In this document: positions 26,682 to 32,000 of the stretch, piece by piece
How positions within the stretch are numbered: the stretch's first letter is position 1
Layout: every line of letters begins with the position of its first letter
Source of the DNA: Archaeoglobus fulgidus DSM 4304
Lineage (GTDB): Archaea; Halobacteriota; Archaeoglobi; Archaeoglobales; Archaeoglobaceae
DNA length: 32,000 nucleotides
NCBI RefSeq assembly: GCF_000008665.1
Contig: NC_000917.1
Coordinates: 540,001-572,000, forward strand
Direction: 5' to 3'
Program-made: the position numbers and the translations under genes
Notes under the pieces: model-generated
The model's database searches: none
Seen by the model: the letters and a program-made list of their open reading frames with translations, nothing else
Told to the model about the DNA's origin: nothing

Positions 26682-27275
26682 TCAGATGAAGTGGCTGGGG
26701 CTGAGAATTGTTACTATCACAGCAGTCACAACACCGGCGAGAAACATCCTGAAACCACTCACGAACACGTTGAACTTTGCCGACTTCCCCATTACCGCTC
26801 CGAGAATGAAGAGACTAGCGAATCCTATCGCAACAGCCATTACGAAGGCTTCCTCAAGCGGGAGGAAAGCATAAGGAATTAATGGCAGGATTGCGCCGAT
26901 AATTGGAGCTATTCCATGGATGATCGATGAAACGTAAGCCGCAAAGCGATGGGCTCGGTCAATTGTTGATTCTCTTGAGTTCACGAGCAGAGCTTTCTCT
27001 TTTTGATCCTTCATTATCTTCTGCTCTATCCTCTCCGCCTCGAACGCGCCCCATGAACTCGAAATGCCCAGCGCCAAAGCAGTTGCAACACCAGCCGTGA
27101 TAACCAACCTTGCCGAAATCTCGCCAGAAAGGTGAGAACCAATTATGAGACCCAGAATTGTCAAAACGCCATCAAAAAACCCTATGATAAAGTAACGCCT
27201 CGAAACCGAGGCGATATCGGTCATTTCGCTGTAAAGCTTAATTCTCTCCCTGATCTCCTGGAGTTTAATCTTCAT
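26682..27275 (-). CDS. VIT1/CCC1-like integral membrane protein
   Basis: RRYFIIGFFDGVLTILGLIIG..., multiple TM helices, ITAGVATALALGISSSWGAFEAE. Confidence 0.75.
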   Translation of the reverse strand: MKIKLQEIRERIKLYSEMTDIASVSRRYFIIGFFDGVLTILGLIIGSHLSGEISARLVITAGVATALALGISSSWGAFEAERIEQKIMKDQKEKALLVNSRESTIDRAHRFAAYVSSIIHGIAPIIGAILPLIPYAFLPLEEAFVMAVAIGFASLFILGAVMGKSAKFNVFVSGFRMFLAGVVTAVIVTILSPSHFI

Positions 27276-27688
27276 CGAACCTGGTCTAAAATCTCGTCAA
27301 TATCAAGATTCATTGAAGTCAACATTTTTTTTGCTCGTGTGTAAGAAACGGGGTCAAATTCCTCATTTTTTGCCTTTCTGACGAGTGACTCAAATTCCTT
27401 TTCGCCCAGCGTCTCCTTTAAAAGCTCGACGAAGTCGTACTTTCCGAGAACCTCAACGCTCTGATGCGACACAAAGGAGTGGGAGTTAAAAATCATTGCC
27501 TTGTGCTTCCAGCACTTCTCACATTCAGAGACGAGAATTTTCTCGGAATCCCTGGTAAACCAGAACCTCTGGTACATCACTCCTCCGCACTCGCAAAATC
27601 CACCGAAAAGCTGCTCTTCCACTTCTTCTCCACTAACTCCGACTCCGTCTATTATGAGCTTTTTAAGAGGCTCTACCAGCTTTATCAT
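27272..27688 (-). CDS. Hypothetical protein with Cys-rich putative metal-binding segment
   Basis: 138 aa; FCECGGVMYQRFWFTRDSEKILVSECEKCWKH (CxC...CxxC); ATGA overlap with the downstream gene. Confidence 0.65.
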   Translation of the reverse strand: MIKLVEPLKKLIIDGVGVSGEEVEEQLFGGFCECGGVMYQRFWFTRDSEKILVSECEKCWKHKAMIFNSHSFVSHQSVEVLGKYDFVELLKETLGEKEFESLVRKAKNEEFDPVSYTRAKKMLTSMNLDIDEILDQVR

Positions 27689-27690
27689 AA

Positions 27691-27924
27691 TCAGACTGGC
27701 ACGACCTTCTTTACTTCAGGAACCTTGGCTCTGAGGTATCTCTCGACGAAGGAGGTCAGTGTAATCATCGACATCGGGCAACCACCGCATGCGCCAAGAA
27801 GCTGAACTTTGACGGTTCCAGAACCTTCATCAACGTCGACGACCGCTATGTTTCCCCCATCCCTCATCAAGGCCGGTCTTATGTCTTTTTCAACAACTTC
27901 TTCAACTTTCTCTCTTAACGACAT
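27691..27924 (-). CDS. NifU-like C-terminal domain (Fe-S scaffold) protein
   Basis: IRPALMRDGGNIAVVDVDEGSGTVKVQLLGACGGCPMSMITL (CxxC). Confidence 0.88.
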   Translation of the reverse strand: MSLREKVEEVVEKDIRPALMRDGGNIAVVDVDEGSGTVKVQLLGACGGCPMSMITLTSFVERYLRAKVPEVKKVVPV

Positions 27925-28004
27925 AAAATCTCTTCCCTTGACGGAAATAATAAGCTTTTTGGTTTGAAAGAGGAGGAGTACACAAACAAAAATTGGAGGG
28001 ATTT

Positions 28005-31000
28005 CTAACCCCTCAGCCTTTTTATTCCTATTTTAACCTTCTTTCCCTCAATATTCCACTCTCTAACGTACCCCTCTGCTTTGCCGAAAACCAGCTTCTG
28101 TGACCTCGTCTCGCTCTTTATGTAGTCTTCCCAGCCTTTGACGAGCTCGGCATCCATCTCCACTGTCGTTTCAATGAACTCCTCGACGTCGAGGTCGAGC
28201 TCCTTTCTCATCTCCTGAATTCTCCTAATAACCTCTCTGGCAAATGCCTCCCTCACAAGCTCATCGTCGAGCTCCTTGTAGATGTAAACCACTCCTCCTG
28301 AAAACTCTGCATACTCGTATCCTTCAGGCAGCCTGTAGTCCACAACTATGGCCTGCTTGGGGTCAAGCTCCACACCATCGAAAACGAGCTTTTCGGGAAT
28401 CTCCTTAAGCGATGCCACGTACTTCGCAAATTCCCCAGCCTTTTCTTTGAGCAACGGGCCGATGTACTTGTAGTTCGGCTTGATTTCAATCTCCTTCTCA
28501 AAGCTGTCAACCACTCTAACCTGCTTAACGTTGCACTGGCTCAAAATTGTCTCCTCAAGCATCTCCACAGCCTTTCTTACCTTCTCGCTGCCCGACTCTA
28601 TAACAAGCTCCCTCAAAGGCCACCTCAGCTTCCTCTTTGCCTTGTTCCTTGCATTGGCTGCAGCCTCTACAATCTCCTTCGCAACCTTCATTGCTGCCTC
28701 AAGCTCGCCATCAATCATCTCAACCTCAGCAGTGGAATACTCCTCCATGAAAATGGACTCCTCCCCCTCCCTGAACTCCTTTACAACGTGCTGGTAGAAC
28801 CACTCCGCAATGAGCGGGGCGAAGGGGGCTATAGCTCTCAAAGACCTGTCAATCACCCTGAACATCGTGTAGTAGGCTGCGAGCTTCGATGGGGAATCCC
28901 TCTCCTCCCACACTCTCGGCCTGATAATCTGGATGTACCACCTGCTGAAGTCCTCAACGAAGAAGTCAAAGAAGGCTCTGACAACTCTGTGGACCTGATA
29001 GCCTTCCATGGCCTCGTTAGCCTCCTTTATAAAGCTCTCAAGCCTTGATAGAATCCACCTGTCCTCAATCTTAAGCTCTCCCTTCTCGCCAAAGCTGTAA
29101 TTATCAAGGCTCATGTAGGTGTGGGCAAATCTGACAGCATTCCACACGACGTTGAGCATTCTGTTTATGTTCCTCGCCTCCTCCCAGCTGAACCTCAGGT
29201 CCTCCCAGGGAGCGGAGTAGAGGACGTAGAGCCTGAAGCCGTCAACGCCAATCTGGCCAACAACCTCCTCGGGCTCAACAACGTTGCCGAGGCTCTTGCT
29301 CATCTTCCTTCCCTGCTCGTCAAGTGTGAAGCCGTGCATCAAAACAGCTTTGTAGGGGGCTTTATCAAAGCAAACAACTGAAGTGCCAAGCTGGGAGTAG
29401 AACCATCCCCTCGTCTGGTCGTGCCCTTCTGTGATAAAATCTGCGGGCCAAAGCTCCTCGAATTTGTCCTTTCTGAGTGGATAAGCAATACTCCCCCAGC
29501 TCGCCACACCACTGTCGAACCAGACATCAAAGACATCTGGAACTCTCCTCATTACCCCTCCGCACTGACAGCTGAACGTTACGGCGTCAATTTTGGGTCT
29601 GTGCAAATCGAGGTCGTTTTCCCACTCTATCTCGTTAATGCTGCCGACAACCTTCATCTCTCCGCACTTTTCGCAAATCCAGACAGGAATGGGGATGCCC
29701 CAGTAGCGTTGCCTGCTTATGCACCAGTCCTTGGCGTTGCTGACCCAGTCCTTGAACCTCGCACTTCCCGCCCACTCGGGAATCCACATTACCTTGTCTA
29801 TTTCCTCCAGCATCTCATCCTTCAGCTCTGAAATCTTGATGAACCACTGCTCCGTTGCTCTGTAAATGATTGGCGTCTTGCAGCGCCAGCAGTGGCCGTA
29901 GCGGTGAACAATTCTCTCCTCAGCCAGCAGCAAATCCTTGCGGTAGAGGTCGTCAATGATGTCGTCATTGGCCTCCTTCACGTGCTTTCCTGCGTATTTG
30001 CCTGCCTCCTCAGTGTAAACCCCCCTGTCGTCAACGGGATTGAAAACCTCCAGTCCCTTCTCCACTCCAAGCTCATAGTCCTCAACACCGTGCCCCGGAG
30101 CAATGTGGACACAGCCCGTGTTTTCAGCAGTGACGAAGTCAGCAAAGAAAACCTGATGCTTCCAGTTCTTCTGCAACGGCACTTCATCGGCAAGGGGGTG
30201 CTCGTACTCCAGACCCTCTAAATCCTCTCCGAGGTAGGTTTCAACCACCTCCCAGCTGTCGTAGTCTCCCTTTCCCAATACGGAGTCGGCAAGCTCCTTT
30301 GCGAGGATTAAATATTCAACCTTCCCGTCCTTAACCGCCCTGAACTTTGCGTACTCAAGTGATGGATGAACGGCAACGGCCATGTTGGCTGGAAGTGTCC
30401 AGGGCGTGGTGGTCCAGATGACGATGTAGGTGTCCTTCTCCCCCTTTACGGGGAACTTGACGTAGATTGAGGGGTCCTCCTCATCCCAGTACTCCACCTC
30501 AGCATCAGCCAGTGCCGTTTCACAGCGGTGGCACCAGTTAACAACCATCTTCTTCCTCTCAAGCAGCCCCCTCTCGTGAGCCCTCTTGATCGCAAACCAC
30601 GCAGCGTTCATGTACTCAGCCTTGATGGTCATGTAGGGATTCTCCCAGTCCATCCAGACTGCGAGGCTCTTGAACTGCTCCGTCATGGCGTCTTTGTTGG
30701 CCAGAGCGTAGTTCATGCACCTCTCGATGAACTTATCAATTCCAAAACTCTCAATGTCCCTCTTTGTTCTGAATCCAAGCTCCTGCTCCACCTTAACTTC
30801 AATTGGCAAACCATGCATGTCCCAGCCCGGAGTGTCTGTGGGAGCAAAGCCCATCATCCTCTTGTAGCGCAGAATGGTATCCTTCAGAACTTTATTCCAC
30901 GCAGTTCCCAGATGAATCCTTCCTGTTGTGTAGGGTGGGCCATCAACGAAGTAAAACTTTCTTCCACCTTTCTCCTTAACTTTTCTGTAGATGTCATTAT

Positions 31001-31061
31001 CCTCCCAGAACTTGAAAATTTCAGATTCCACATCCTTCGGTGAGTATTTAGCGGGAAGCAT
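28005..31061 (-). CDS. ileS: Isoleucyl-tRNA synthetase
   Basis: 1018 aa; PYTTGRIHLGTAWNKVLKD (HIGH-type), GHDQTRGWFYSQ, KMSKSLGNVVEPEEV. Confidence 0.97.
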   Translation of the reverse strand: MLPAKYSPKDVESEIFKFWEDNDIYRKVKEKGGRKFYFVDGPPYTTGRIHLGTAWNKVLKDTILRYKRMMGFAPTDTPGWDMHGLPIEVKVEQELGFRTKRDIESFGIDKFIERCMNYALANKDAMTEQFKSLAVWMDWENPYMTIKAEYMNAAWFAIKRAHERGLLERKKMVVNWCHRCETALADAEVEYWDEEDPSIYVKFPVKGEKDTYIVIWTTTPWTLPANMAVAVHPSLEYAKFRAVKDGKVEYLILAKELADSVLGKGDYDSWEVVETYLGEDLEGLEYEHPLADEVPLQKNWKHQVFFADFVTAENTGCVHIAPGHGVEDYELGVEKGLEVFNPVDDRGVYTEEAGKYAGKHVKEANDDIIDDLYRKDLLLAEERIVHRYGHCWRCKTPIIYRATEQWFIKISELKDEMLEEIDKVMWIPEWAGSARFKDWVSNAKDWCISRQRYWGIPIPVWICEKCGEMKVVGSINEIEWENDLDLHRPKIDAVTFSCQCGGVMRRVPDVFDVWFDSGVASWGSIAYPLRKDKFEELWPADFITEGHDQTRGWFYSQLGTSVVCFDKAPYKAVLMHGFTLDEQGRKMSKSLGNVVEPEEVVGQIGVDGFRLYVLYSAPWEDLRFSWEEARNINRMLNVVWNAVRFAHTYMSLDNYSFGEKGELKIEDRWILSRLESFIKEANEAMEGYQVHRVVRAFFDFFVEDFSRWYIQIIRPRVWEERDSPSKLAAYYTMFRVIDRSLRAIAPFAPLIAEWFYQHVVKEFREGEESIFMEEYSTAEVEMIDGELEAAMKVAKEIVEAAANARNKAKRKLRWPLRELVIESGSEKVRKAVEMLEETILSQCNVKQVRVVDSFEKEIEIKPNYKYIGPLLKEKAGEFAKYVASLKEIPEKLVFDGVELDPKQAIVVDYRLPEGYEYAEFSGGVVYIYKELDDELVREAFAREVIRRIQEMRKELDLDVEEFIETTVEMDAELVKGWEDYIKSETRSQKLVFGKAEGYVREWNIEGKKVKIGIKRLRG

Positions 31062-31234
31062 GAAACCTGAACAGCCGGTGGATTAAAAAAGTTATCAGCT
31101 TTCCTTTCCGGAATTTTGACATGCAAAAGCATATACCATCATGGTGGGGCAGCAAAAATTAGGAGGGATAGTAGGCTGAAAAATAAGGGTTTACATGACA
31201 ATTAAAGTTTAATACCTTCCCTCACTCTCCCTCC

Positions 31235-32000
31235 ATGGACGCTGTAATCTATGGCTTCGGGCCGATAGGAAGGCTGATTGCTGAATGCTGTGCCAAGAGA
31301 GGAATAAACGTCGTTGGAGCTGTTGACATCAATCCAGAGCTGAAGGGGAGGAAGTTGAGTGAATTCGGAATTCAGTCTGACGGCGTAATCAGCGACAGGC
31401 TGGAATTTGAAGGAGACGTTGCCTTCCTCTGCACTGGCTCCTACCTCGACAGAGTTTATCCCCAAATCGAGGAGTGCCTGAGAAAAGGATTCAACGTTAT
31501 AAGCACCTGCGAAACCCTCAGCTATCCCGGCTATCGCTATCCTGAGCTTGCTGAAAAAATCAACAGCCTTGCGGTCGAGAATGGAAAAACTGTCCTTGGA
31601 ACGGGCATAAACCCCGGCTTCCTCCTTGATGCGCTGGTGGTTTTCCTCTCCGCCCCCTTCACGGAAGTTGAGAGGATAAAGGCTGTAAGGTGCATTGATA
31701 CGTTGAAGAGGAGAGAGCCCTTCCAGAAGAAGGTGGGAATTGGCCTGAAACTTGAGGATGCAGAGGAGAAGCTTGAGAAGGGGGAGATTACCGGGCATGT
31801 TGGCTATGCGGAGTCTGTGCTTCTAATCAGTGAGGCCCTTAACTTCTCTCCTGACGAGGTAAGGGAGGGGCAGAAATTTGTGCATGATAGCGGAGAGGTT
31901 CTTGGAGCCATAGGCTACGGAAGTGCTTTGAAAAATGGGGAGGAGAAGATAAGGATTGAATTCCACGCCTACGCCAATGCAGAAGAATACGAGAGAATTG
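31235..32000 (+). CDS. NAD(P)-dependent dihydrodipicolinate reductase-like / amine dehydrogenase-like protein, truncated at window end
   Basis: MDAVIYGFGPIGRLIAECCAKRGINVVGAVDINPELKGRKLSEFG... (Rossmann), GTGINPGFLLDALVVFLSAPFTEVERIKAVRCIDTLKRREPFQKK. Open to position 32000 and missing from the ORF track. Confidence 0.8.
   Translation, partial: MDAVIYGFGPIGRLIAECCAKRGINVVGAVDINPELKGRKLSEFGIQSDGVISDRLEFEGDVAFLCTGSYLDRVYPQIEECLRKGFNVISTCETLSYPGYRYPELAEKINSLAVENGKTVLGTGINPGFLLDALVVFLSAPFTEVERIKAVRCIDTLKRREPFQKKVGIGLKLEDAEEKLEKGEITGHVGYAESVLLISEALNFSPDEVREGQKFVHDSGEVLGAIGYGSALKNGEEKIRIEFHAYANAEEYERI

Noticed and set aside
30528-31043. 171-aa + strand ORF within ileS
   Set aside because: Lies entirely antisense to the well-supported ileS; typical shadow ORF in a GC-biased codon context.
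31130-31150. Small palindrome ACCATCATGGT between ileS and the oxidoreductase
   Set aside because: Only 4-bp arms; expected by chance and not positioned clearly against a promoter.
31202-31798. 198-aa - strand ORF at the window end
   Set aside because: Antisense to the Rossmann-fold oxidoreductase starting at 31235 on +, which the track omits because it has no stop before 32000.
1-32000. CRISPR array or cas genes
   Set aside because: No regularly spaced direct repeats and no Cas-like proteins were seen on reading either strand.

Overview
The window looks like an Archaeoglobus-type euryarchaeal chromosome segment (inference from gene content and order) with two distinct halves. (A) About 1-17.9 kb is an AT-rich accessory island. 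It holds surface-glycan genes: GT2 and GT4 glycosyltransferases, two PAPS-type sulfotransferases, an FkbM methyltransferase, GtrA and an ArnT/PMT-like membrane glycosyltransferase. These are interleaved with remnants of many toxin-antitoxin modules (VapBC/PIN, RelB-like, DUF433, DUF3368, MNT). Reading frames by hand, many of the island genes carry single-base indels, a 4-nt tandem duplication, in-frame stops or internal deletions, so the ORF track shows only fragments. I reconstruct a sulfotransferase (4900-5626), a methyltransferase (5714-6335), a GT4 C-terminus (3379-4720), several VapB/VapC genes, an MNT nucleotidyltransferase and glycosyltransferase relics. One relic (~9733-9935) is a diverged copy of the start of the intact GT4 at 14919-15995. 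(B) From tRNA-Gln(UUG) at 17941-18013 onward is an apparently undamaged housekeeping block: rnhB, srp54, ATP-dependent DNA ligase, SpoIIM-like protein, D-aminoacyl-tRNA deacylase, AIM24-like protein, ferredoxin-domain protein, leuB, leuD, VIT1-like protein, NifU-like protein, ileS and a truncated oxidoreductase. The best candidate for an unfamiliar functional system is an overlapping pair, a ribbon-helix-helix protein plus a clan-AA aspartic-protease-like protein (11483-12176). The most striking overall signal is the toxin graveyard, where antitoxins sometimes survive intact while toxins are broken.
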